Source: Octopus vulgaris (Eukaryota). Taken from it: 64,000 nucleotides of DNA. Where the stretch lies: NCBI GenBank assembly GCA_951406725.2, contig OX597819.1, positions 109,244,001 to 109,308,000 of the forward strand. Reading direction: 5' to 3'. The notes under the pieces are model-generated. The model saw nothing but the letters and a program-made list of their open reading frames with translations, was not told the DNA's origin and did not search any database. Made by a program: the position numbers and the translations under genes. Positions 53,101-64,000 of this stretch are shown here, piece by piece (positions within the stretch are counted from its first letter, which is position 1; each line of letters opens with the position of its first letter).

Positions 53101-54360
53101 CGTTAAAATTTAACTTTCTTTCAACATTCTTAATGAAATTGTTTTATTTTATGTATACATTATATATATATTTTTTAATCTTTATTTTTAAGATAACTTC
53201 AAAATTGAAAGGGAGGAAGACATAAAAAGGAGATCTTGTATATTCCCCATTTATAAACAGTTGTGAAAACAGCCAGGGGTCGCCCCTAACCCCTAAGTTT
53301 TTATATATATTTTTTTTCCAAACCAAAAATGTAAATTTAAAAAAAAAAATAAAATTAAAATCATCTTCTTGTAAATATAAGACGTATTCTTGTTAAGTTA
53401 TTTCTGTATTCGTTATTTCATATTTTTTCTTTATTATATTAGCTGGTTGACTCCTTTCTCACTGGCTTTGTCTCGAGTGGGTAGTGAAAAAATACTAAAC
53501 AAACTAATCCAAATAGTTTATTTTCTGACAACGTGACTGAGGTTACCAGTGAAATTATGAAAATCACGCCTTAATAAGTGACCAAAAGTGATTGAAATTG
53601 ATTCGTAAATTATTAAAAAAAAAATTAGAAAAGTTGTATTGACCTTCTCTAAGGACTGTTTTGAGAACTCATTGAAAGAGACTAGGTGATTAGCACCCCG
53701 CTTTCAGTTTTGTAATTGAAGCATCACTCTTTGTTATAGGACTTCTGCAATGGTCGGCTAAGTATTCTTTCATTAAGGTCGTGGGAAACTATTCTGCGCA
53801 GTTTTTTTTCCTTTTTGTTGTTCAGATATGTTGCACGTTCCAGGCATCTTGGGTAAGCAAACAATAATGGTAATTTTTAGCCGTAACAGCTTGCCACAAA
53901 TTAGTGAGCTGTTGTGATAGTGGATCGAATCTTCTCTAAAGACTGAAACTTTTCTCGTGTGAGAAATCAGAATTTGCCCATGACAGATACTTTCAGAATA
54001 TCCGGCCCAATAAAGACCTTCACCCGGGAACAAAAAAAAAAAATAATAAACCAGCCTGGTGGGTACAAACAAGTGTGGAAAACGAATATGCTATCGAGTT
54101 CATGGGATTTCAATAAAGTCGATCTCATTGCCGTGTTTTATAAGATCCACGTGGATTAGATTTTCGCTCTGCCTTGTATCACTGACCCTGACTGAAACAA
54201 TGGTGTTCATACTCGTATGTATTACTCGTCCTTTAACGGCTATGATCCCAAACTCGTGTATAGCAATTGTGGTTCCCACAGATCTTGTTACAGATTTTCT
54301 AGCAATTTCATCTGTATGTGATTTCGACTTAATTATTAAATCGCCTTTAACTTTGTACAC
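50112..54360 (+). other. Structured non-coding 3' domain of hnRNP paralog 2
   Basis: No recognisable TE until 54370. Hairpins at 50881-50932, 51598-51683, 52243-52293 and 52500-52555. Collinear matches to 622-4000. Confidence 0.6.
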
Positions 54361-54369
54361 GGCCGCCAG

Positions 54370-54685
54370 CAATGGCTGTGTGGTTAAGCAACTGGTCTTG
54401 CAGCAGTGTGGTTTCGGATTCAGTTTCGCTACACCTTGAGCAAGTGTCGACTATATCTCTGGGTCAACCAGAAGCTGATGGGATTTGGTAGACAGAAACT
54501 GAAAGAAGCCCGTTGTGGTTTCATCGCTTGATAACGGGTATTGGTTTAACATTCCCGTGATCTAGCGGTTCGAGCCTTATGGGATGCCCTGGGCATAAAA
54601 TGTGCTATGGTCGATTTGATCGACTAAAGAATTCAAGGCTGTTCCCTCCGCCAGAATGGACATAGTCTAGTGACTGAAGCAAAGC
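54370..54685 (+). mobile_element. S1 SINE
   Basis: atggctgtgtggttaag...ggattcagtt...ggatttggtagacagaaactgaaagaagcccg...tagcggttcg...tgactgaagca. Confidence 0.75.
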
Positions 54686-57600
54686 ATTTTTGGAATTGGA
54701 GCGGTATGCTTGCTGAATTGTGGTTGTTGATGTTTGTTGAAGTTACTTGAACTAGGTCAACAATATTAAAACGCAACACATGGTACCTTCAAGTTAGTTG
54801 CCATCGATCTATAACTGGTTATGTCTGAGTCATAGATTGTATTTAATCTTTATTATGGTATTTGTTAAGCGTGTGACGTTCTACAATTGGTCTCTTATTT
54901 CTGTTTCAAACACAAGCTAAAATCGTGGAACAAAAGTGAGAAAGAACATTGTTGCATTAGGTGAATTGCATCATTTAAGTTACGAAAAACTGAGCAGGTT
55001 CTGTAAATATACTCTTGGGTTGCCACGTTTCATTGAAGATGGTATGGGTTGTCAGAGTATTTTTTAATTTGCTTCACAATTCACTCAGGTAATTTAAACT
55101 TTTTGGGTAGTTATGTGATAATACAAAGGAAATGACTGCCTGTCTATGAGGAAGTGTTTAACATTTAAAATCCACGATATGAAACCGCTACTAAGCTCTT
55201 TGTCTACCTAGGCCCACTTACGACTATTCCGAGCTTCGGTGTTAATCATTTGAAAGTAATCATGATAGAAATCTTTTGAGATCGCATTTCCTACAGAATG
55301 ATCTGAACTCGAAATTGCAATTCAACAGCGCTCAACTCGTTCCAGAGCTGCCATACCACCGCGGAGTTTCTCCTGATGGTTTGTGGACACGGTTTTTGTT
55401 GTCCGCAGTGCAGCGACATGGATGCGAGTGGCTGTGGGGAATGAAAATAACTCTTGAGTCAGTTTCATCAAATTCCAGATGAAGAACGAGTGTTTTTGAG
55501 CGACTGTATATCGTTTCATTCATTGCTCTCTACGTTTCCTGATTATATTTCTACTGAAATAATTTCAATCTTTGAAAAGAATCCAGTGTTTTAGGATTCA
55601 GATTCTCGTTTGTATTGTAATTAAAAAAATTAAGGCTATTACTTTGTGTGAACAGCCTCACCCGACTAAACTTCAACGATTTTATTAAATGTAAGTTTGC
55701 AGATACATTTCCAAAAGTGTAGATTAACTGTTCTTATATATCTCTGTCAGCTATTAGTGTCTCAGGCTTCTGCTGCTAATTTACAGGAGCTAAACTTGGA
55801 CGTAGATAAAGATATCTTTGACAGACAGAAACATGTTTGGTGAGTGATACTGCTATGATAAAATGAGTCACTGCTTTGGTGGACACGATCTGCAAGTTGC
55901 TTAAATTATTGTAAAGCGAAAAACTATTTTCTCATAATCTTAGTGCGTATGTTCGAAAACATATCTGCCAAATTTCATTGAAAGAAATATGCATGAAGAA
56001 AGTTAAGAAGAAACAAAATCAGTGGTCATTAAACCTATACGAAATTCGGGTAAGAGGAAAGGAAGCAGTCTCTGTCTTTAGCTTTTTCGTGGTTTTATGG
56101 AGGCGACCTTGTATTCAACGATTAAAATAACTATTTTATAGTTTCATGTTTCCCTCTGTCCATTAACCAAGATAACTTAGCAAAATCTCAGTTATAAAAT
56201 GTTGAAGTCGAAGAATTGGAATATCGTAGTTGCAAAAGTTTGAATAGAGACGGTGTATATTAAGTAGTAGGCGAAAGGCTTTTGAGAAAAAATAATTTTG
56301 TTTAAACAATTATAGAACATAGGTTGTTTATTAATTAGCAAATGAGTTATTAAATTGGCTTTCATTGTCAGTCCTAGTTTTGTTACATTCGTATGCTTTT
56401 AAAACGGCGAAATGAAAGATCCATTTAGGACGCTAAATGTGAAGGTTGCCATTATGAATTCCAGGCTCAGTGATCTCAAATGGATGGAGTCTGTGGTACT
56501 GTTAGGTCTTATTCTTATTTTGGCTCCATTCATCCGTCTATGACGGGATAGAGATATTCCTAGCTCGCGTTAATATAACAACTTAATTCATAATCATCTG
56601 CATATCAATCTATGAAAATATATAGAAATTGTATTTTAGCCACCGCACATGCTGTTAAATAGTGTTTGCATGTGTTAAAAGTTTGTTACAAAAGCAATAT
56701 ATAATAGATATATTGTATACCGAACTACATTGTCTTTATGTATCCTTGCTCTTTCTTTTTAAAGCTTGTGCGGTGTGTGTTCAGCGAAGTTTGGCTGCTA
56801 TTTCTAACAGTCCAACCAACGCTATTTAGATCGCCCGATCTAAGAAATAAAAACCACATTATTTTCTATCGTTTTAAATGGAAAAGCATATACTAGATTA
56901 TGTCCTAGATACCAGTAAAATGACGGAATAGAGGTTAGTCACGGTTGAACTGTTTTTTTTTCCTTCGTTGTTGTTGATTCATGCATAAATAACAATGCAA
57001 CGGTTGGTGTAGCAGTAATATAACCGTTATGTGTTTTAAGTAGCTAAGACAAGCTGGAGCAGCTTCAATTAAAATAGTATCTCATCAAAATTTTCCGCCA
57101 GTAAAGGGACACACACGCATACGGCTATTAGTAATGTAGGTTATTGCGGGAATGTAAAACTAGTCGAATTTTACAATTTTCGACTCGTGTCTTGTCCTCC
57201 TTTCGAAGCGTTAAATATTTTCCCCCTCAACGCATTGACATAACTCTAATCCTCAATTTAAAAAAAACAAAACTTTTCGCCATCTTTATTCATGAAGGTA
57301 GTATTTTTGTATTTTTAATCTTTTGAAAATTCTTTGTATATTTTAAATTTCGGTTTTTAAATAAACTATATTAATGAATGGCATAATATCCATGAAGGAT
57401 ATGCGACCAGATTCAGTATGTGTTTATTGACAAAAGATCAAAAGTTGCCGCTGTCTTGTAATAGACATTAAGAAACGGAAAACGACCATCTCTCTGGTTC
57501 CTTGTCGCTTACGTCCTGGACGTGACTAATTTAGTTTGGTTAGGTTATCTAACCTGTCCATAACTTTTTTCTCAGACAGTGTTTAATCAAGGGATATTTG

Positions 57601-58488
57601 GCTGCTATTTCTAGCAGGTCGAGCTAGTGTGTGTGTGCGCACATGCCTGTTTGAAAGCAATAAAATTAATTCGTTGATGGTTATTCATTTGGTTTCAATT
57701 ATCGTAGTTAAAAAAATAATTCTGCCATATCGTAATGGTTGGCGAGGAAGATGTTCGTGTCGGGTTCATGAGGCGTTCTTCTCTCAACCAATCAGCTTGC
57801 CTGTTTAAGATTTAAATTCCGGCTCCCTAAGCTTTATTGTTAAGGGTTTTATTGTATAACTGCCATCCCGGCCCTGTTTGTAATGTGATGGCTGATGGTT
57901 TTCCTTTTGCTATCAACCTGTCAGACTACCTTTAAATTCTCGTTTCTCCCTCTCTGTTTTTTGTGTGTTTATCCTTTTTTTGTCGATCGGTTATATTTTT
58001 AACAAAGACAAATTAGTAATTAAAGAAAAATAGTTGCACACACACACACACACACACAGACGTATCTGTGTAGTCAAATTGAATCCGAAAAAAAAAAAAA
58101 GTAACGATCTGTTTTGATGATTATTCAGTTGATCCATCAACTGACCTCCCTACACCATTGTAATATATAAGATAAATGATTGAGTGTCACTCAAACACGT
58201 ATGCTCTTAATTTGATCCTCAGGAAGAAATCAGTTATCACACTCACAAAGCAGAACCTTTGATACAATTAAAGATACAATCCATCGATTGAAGGCGGTTA
58301 AAGATACAACGGGCTTCAATACAGTTCCTATCTGTAGTTTTACCTGAGATGTTGATCGATCCGAAGCTATGGTATATGACATTTGCCCGACATGCCATGC
58401 AGTGGCGTATATGTCAGACATCGTGATTGCGAATCGAACTTAACTATTTGGTCTTACTGTCATAAAAATAAATACACATGCCGTCGTA

Positions 58489-58521
<33 letters not shown>

Positions 58522-58539
58522 GCGTGTGTGTGTTTATGT

Positions 58540-58685
58540 CCCCGTTACTTAGCGGTTCGGCAAAAAGAGACCGATAGAATAAGTACTAGGCTTACAAAAG
58601 AATAAGCCCCGGGGTCGAGTTGCTCGATTAAAAGGCGGTGCTCCAGCATGGCCGCAGTCAAATGACTGAAGCAAGTAAAAGAGAG
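58540..58685 (+). mobile_element. S1 SINE 3' half
   Basis: cccgttacttagcggttcggcaaaaagagaccgatagaataag...gcagtcaaatgactgaa. Reverse-complement copies at 36665-36850 and 61295-61490. Confidence 0.75.
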
Positions 58686-59880
58686 TATGTATGTATACAA
58701 TTAAATAAATGAGTATACAATTAAATAAATGTTTACGCGCGCACACATACACGTCTGCATTTGTTAAGTTATATCTCATTTGTTTCCTTCCCCTCTACAC
58801 TACCCGATCAATTAATTGGGTGTACGTTTTTGTAAGATATTCCACACGTCTAACTCTACTTGTAAGAGCAGTTTTCTTAAACTTGCAAACGTTTTCTGGT
58901 TCTTGCTTATTCATGGACTATCGCCATCCCTATCCTTTTGCCTGTCTCTTTTACCACTCATAACCCTCCACCTTTCACCTCCCCACTAGCTGTGCTGACT
59001 GCATCATCCTCGCAGCCCTGACACAGTTGCCCTTTACTAGAGCTACATATAAAGACTGCGTCGAATTACCATCCTTCCCCTATCCAAATACACTAATTTC
59101 CTTCTGTACTGCTAGCCATCACTCACCACTTACTTTGCAATCCATCACCTTATTTTTGGATTTGTCTACTATTACTAATCACTCCATCCCAAATAACCCT
59201 ACCTTTTCCATCATATTCTTGCTATTTTACTCTCCTATTCTGTTGTCATTGTTCTCTCTCTTTCTCAGTATAACAATGCATGACAAGGCTGTGGTTTTAA
59301 AATGCTGGTGCAATCCATTTTAAAGGATTTTGTACAGTTTTTCATCATCATCATTTTAACGTCCATTTTTCCATGCTTGTATGGATTGCAAATGATTTTG
59401 AAGTGAACTTCTTGATCATATGGCCATGCTGTGTCCCTTACACGCATAACAAAAATTTGAATACACTGTAAGAATGTGCTTGATATATTATTTTTTACCT
59501 CTTTAAAATTCTTTTCCTTCCTAACTTATTTCAGTCATTGGACTGCAGTCGTGCTGGGATACCACATTAAAAACTTTAGTTGAGAAAGCAGGGGAAAGAA
59601 AAGAAAATCGACTTCAGTACTTATAATCCTGCTACTTATTCTCTCATTTTCTTTTTGCAAAACAAAACAGCACCAGTGTCAAATGGTGACAGATAAACAC
59701 TATGCATACATATACATGCTGGGTTTCTGTCTACCAAATTCAGAATTAATTCACAAGGCATTGGTCAGCTTAGGGCTATAGTAGTGCACAGTAGGATTGA
59801 ACATGAAGCCATGTGGTTGTGAAGTGAACTTAAGCACAGAACCATACTTGTGCATATATATATATATATATATGGAGTTA

Positions 59881-60146
59881 AATGCAGGTGTTATTCAAAT
59901 TCTTTTACTTCCGACACATTTCAAAGATATCACAGGTAACTATATATTTTTCCATGTTAATTGTTAACAAGGGAAAAATACACACCTATCTTTATACATA
60001 TATATATATATGTATACATATATATATGTATAAAGATAGATCTGTGTATTTTTCCCTTGTTAACAATTAACATGGAAAAATATATAGTTACCTGTGATAT
60101 CTTTGAAATGTGTCGGAAGTAAAAGAATTTGAATAACACCTGCATT
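59881..60146. repeat. Apparently perfect 104-bp inverted repeat around a TA-rich spacer, carrying a degenerate hammerhead-like motif
   Basis: Arms at 59881-59984 and 60043-60146. CCTG-TGA-tatcttt-GAAA-TGTG-TC-GG at 60091-60116. Confidence 0.9.
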
Positions 60147-60329
60147 TATATATATATATATTACACACATATTAAATTTATTTGTGTAGATGGGTGGGGG
60201 TGTTGTGTTCTTGAGCAAAACACTTCATTTTGTATTACCATTCAGCTGTAAGTGGGTAATCCATATGATGGGCTGGCATAGCATTGAGGCAGTGTTGGCT
60301 TGCCTGTCTAGCTATGGGTGATATCATTC

Positions 60330-61270
60330 AAAAGCTACATGATTTTCTTCAGAAGAGCTGAAGTGTCATGAAAAGTCAGTAATGACAGCTGAGAAACAGG
60401 AAGTACTGAGTGGTTGTGTGAAGGGCAATTTGGTGGCTTCGGCTGCTTTTACCTATAGGCCTTATGTTTGTTTGTTAGACGTATTTGCTTCTCTCTTGGC
60501 AGACATCCATCACAACTGGCAACAGGCTGGGAAAATTCTCAGTTATGTGAGCTGGGGAGAAGCACTGTTGAAAGATATGGAGAAAAAGAGGGAGAGTGCG
60601 GCTGACACTTTCAGGTCAGTAACCTCTGCTAAATGTAGAGTTATTTTGACCAAATTTTTGGAGAGGTTGGTGCTTTTCACAGGGCTGCATAGACCAGCAG
60701 TACTATCCAGGCTAGCCACTGCCCCATGTAATACATCATAGAAAGGGTTGCTAATATATCTACCTTTTATGGGGTTCTGATCAAATTTAGTCAATCTAAG
60801 GTTTTCTGGCCCTCACTATATGAAGATCATCTTAAATGCATTCAACCTTCATCCCATTTTTAAAGTTGGGTAACTTTGTACTTTGGCATTTGCTTGGCGG
60901 TTTTGGATAACCCACATTTTAGAACTGCTTCTAATTAGTTCAGTCCAAAGGTGTCCCCTCCCCTCAGTCCTGTATGTTTTGGTTCTAGATCCACTGCTTA
61001 AACTGTGTTGAAGGGCACTCTGCACAAACCAGAACATAGGATGTTATATTGGCATATGCAGGTAATCTTGCTATAATACTGTTAGATGTCTCAGAAGTCA
61101 CAATGAAAGTTTATTAGGCTTTAAATTTGATACTGAGGAGGTAGTTCCATACATGTCTCACTGGAACCAGAGTTTGGTGGATATGAAGCTGTAAGATGGG
61201 TATTCAATCTCAGAAATGGGCTGAAAGGAAACTCCTCGAAAGTTCGGGTAGAGGTGGGGAAGCTCTATAT
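60330..61270 (-). mobile_element. Old LINE (CR1/Jockey-like) remnant
   Basis: Weak C-terminal remnants (DLKV..LSLFF..FN..SPQL). Confidence 0.4.
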
Positions 61271-61294
61271 CATCTTCCTAACACACACACTCTT

Positions 61295-61522
61295 TTTACT
61301 CTTTTACTTGTTTCAGTCATTTGACTGGTCATGCTGGAGCACCACCTTTTAGAGCAAATTGACCCAAGGACTTATTCTTTGTAAGCCTAGTACTTATTCT
61401 ATCGGTCTCGTTTGCTGAACCGCTAAGTTACGGGGACGTAAACACACCAGCATTGGTTGTCAAGCAATGTTGTGGGGACAAACACAGAAACACGAACATG
61501 CACACACACACACACACACACA

Positions 61523-61555
<33 letters not shown>

Positions 61556-61878
61556 TATATATATGCGACCGGCTTTCAGTTTCTGTTTACTAAATCCACT
61601 CACAAGGCTTTGGTCAGCATGGGGCTATAGTAGAAGACACTTGGCCAATGTGCCACACAGTGGGACTGAACCTGGAACCATGTGGTTGGTAAGCAAGCTA
61701 CTTACCACACAGCCACATAATTATTATTTCCACAGGTGTGGTAAGAAAACTAGCTTCCCAATCACAGGGTTCTGGGTTCAGACCCTTTGTGTGACACTTC
61801 GGGCAAATGTCTTTTATAGCCCTGTCCCAACCAAAAATGTTAGTGGATTTGGCAGATAGAAACTGAAAGAAGCCTGTC
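61295..61878. mobile_element. Head-to-head S1 SINE pair (61295-61715 minus, 61735-61878 plus)
   Basis: cttaccacacagcca / ggtgtggtaagaa heads face outward from a ~20-bp spacer. Confidence 0.75.
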
Positions 61879-62711
61879 ATAGATTTAAGTGTTTAATTTA
61901 GAATGACTTGTAACTAAGCAATAGGTATCAGTTTATCTTTTACTTATTTCAGTCACTGGACTGCAGCCACGCTGGGACACTGACTTGAAAGGTTTAGTCA
62001 AACTGGCCCCAGTAACTGTTTTTTTAAAGCATAATCAGTCTCTTTTGCCAAACAAATCTACACTGGTTGTCAAATCGTGGTGGAAGGGGACACACACACA
62101 CATGCAAGAGTGTCAGAACAAACTGAAAGGAGATAAAAATCAGAATACTGAAAGCTTGAAAAGACTGAATACTGAATGTTTCTTGCGTGTGTGTTGCTCT
62201 GAATGTGATGGCTAGTTGTAAATTATTATTCTCAATTATTTTGGAAAACGGGAGACTTAATTTGGTGCTCTATGTCTGATTAAGGAGTTGCATTAGCCAA
62301 TAATGAGATTAGAGTTGTCCGAGTTGTGATAGAATATTTCTATAATGTCATCTGCAGATGAGTCTATGTATGTTGTGTGTGGGTCGTATAACGTTAAGTT
62401 AGTACCTATTTTGCTAATTCCTGGAAGGATGAACAGCGAAGTGTATTTGATTATCGCTCTGTCAGTTCTACAATCCTATTAGTAACGACTTTATATGGAG
62501 GCTATAGATTTTGGGGAGGATTGTAGCTGATTTAATTGATCGCCAATACATAACCATTTTAGAGACTATTCAAAGAATCAATGCCAGGCTGGCTGTATTT
62601 CAACTTATAATGTAAAGGGAGATAACTGAATGCAAGCAATGTTTTCCTCTACTCAGTCACCTCTGCCATCTACACTTTCTTTCAATTGTTTCAGTCATTA
62701 AACTGAGGCCA

Positions 62712-63478
62712 GCGAAATTTTTCCCCCCACGAGAGTTCCAGATCCCAGTACGAATCAGAACTCAACTATCAAACTAATTTATGAGCGCTTTACAAGTGAT
62801 GGGCGATAAGATAAGGTCACTTGGATTAGGACAGACCATGCTTCTTTCCTCTTTTTAATAATGCTTGTTGTTCTTGTTTCAACCATGGCTGCCTCTGCGT
62901 AAGTATTTGTGTTGCTTTTTACTTTGTAAAACTGGGGAGAGGGTTGCTAGCACATTACTCTCTACCCACATTTTCCCATCCACATCTTTACCATATGGGG
63001 CCCTAACAAAATCCGATAGGTATAGAAGCAAATCTATCTAATTACTTGTCTCCTAAAATAAGGCATAACTTGGCGATCGGTCGACTTACAACACCGAAGA
63101 ACGGTATTGTAAGTCGACCGATCGCCAAGTTATCCCTTATTTTAGGAGACAAGGAATTAGGTTTGCTGGTAAAGATGTGGATGGGAAATGAGGGTGATGT
63201 GCGAGCAACCCTCTCCCCTTACTGCTTTACAAAGTAAACAACAACACAACTACTTACCGATAGTAGATTGGTTGTTTTTAACACGTTCACGAATGTTATG
63301 TTGGGCTTTGTGTCTAGGCATAATCTGAGAGCTGAACGGATCTGATCGTTCGTTATCTGCATGGCTGTCTCTGCGTAGTTGTTTGTGTTCAACAAGGTCA
63401 AGGTGATCTCTGATAGACTGTATGCAAATGGGTTCATTACTGGGGTCTGGAACTCTTGTAAGAAAAAACAAAATTCGC
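62712..63478 (+). other. Branched ~770-nt fold-back element (candidate hairpin RNA or fold-back transposon)
   Basis: Nested inverted repeats: 62729-62749/63439-63459, 62900-62993/63167-63256 and 63046-63096/63102-63152. Confidence 0.7.
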
Positions 63479-64000
63479 GGACCGCCAAAAAGATGTTTTA
63501 AGTTATCAGTGCAAGGGAGGTAAATATAGTTTTATTATTTCCCCTTCTTCACCATTATTTAAGTTCACATAAAAAACGAAAGGAAAGATAGATGTCAAGT
63601 TCTTAAAAGGTACTCATTTTATTGACTTCAAGAAAGGATGAAAGCACCACTTGTGAAATTTGAAGTGAATGTCCTGAAATGTCAAAGGTGCTATTGTGCC
63701 TACCATTCTGTCAATTATGTTTAAGGGGTTTCATTTCCACTTGGCACAAAGATTTACATTTTCAGGTAGGAAAAATTGAAATATAACATATCTATTAACA
63801 CATACATCTGTATATATAAAGTCAAGGTAGAAAATGCTAAAATAATTTTATAAAAACATTTCAGTACCAGTTGCAGTCATTTAGACTTTTTCAACTGTAA
63901 GTATGGAAAACAATAAAATTTTGGAAAAATTCAAAAAGTTTTTAAAAGAATATTTGCATAGTGTTCAAATACAAGTGGCATTTTCCTTGTTTCTGCCTGT

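Noticed and set aside
53980-54005. U3 snoRNA box A-like ATACTTTCAG
   Set aside because: No following GGATCA and no boxes B, C or D.
53773-54439. Overlapping 66-126 aa ORFs as a hidden gene
   Set aside because: No recognisable domain, mostly non-ATG starts, one runs into a SINE, and there is no counterpart downstream of paralog 1.

Overview
AT-rich, microsatellite- and transposon-dense animal DNA. The repeat content suggests a coleoid cephalopod (Octopus-like), which is an inference. Only two host protein genes are supported: co-oriented hnRNP A/B-family paralogs with uninterrupted CDSs (<1-621 and 49254-50111), about 49.5 kb apart. Each is followed by a 4-5 kb hairpin-rich non-coding domain with no recognisable transposons, and the two domains share collinear conserved motifs. 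The rest of the window is transposon debris: RTE and CR1-type LINEs, Penelope-like remnants with minimal hammerhead ribozyme (HHR) motifs and fold-back ends, tRNA-derived SINEs, mariner, hAT, Merlin and non-autonomous Helitrons. Most short ORFs in the track are microsatellite or repeat artefacts. The best leads are (1) the paralog-conserved structured 3' domains, (2) a tRNA-headed SINE carrying a Penelope-type hammerhead, and (3) a ~770-nt branched fold-back at 62.7-63.5 kb. All alignments and folds were done by eye and repeat boundaries are approximate.
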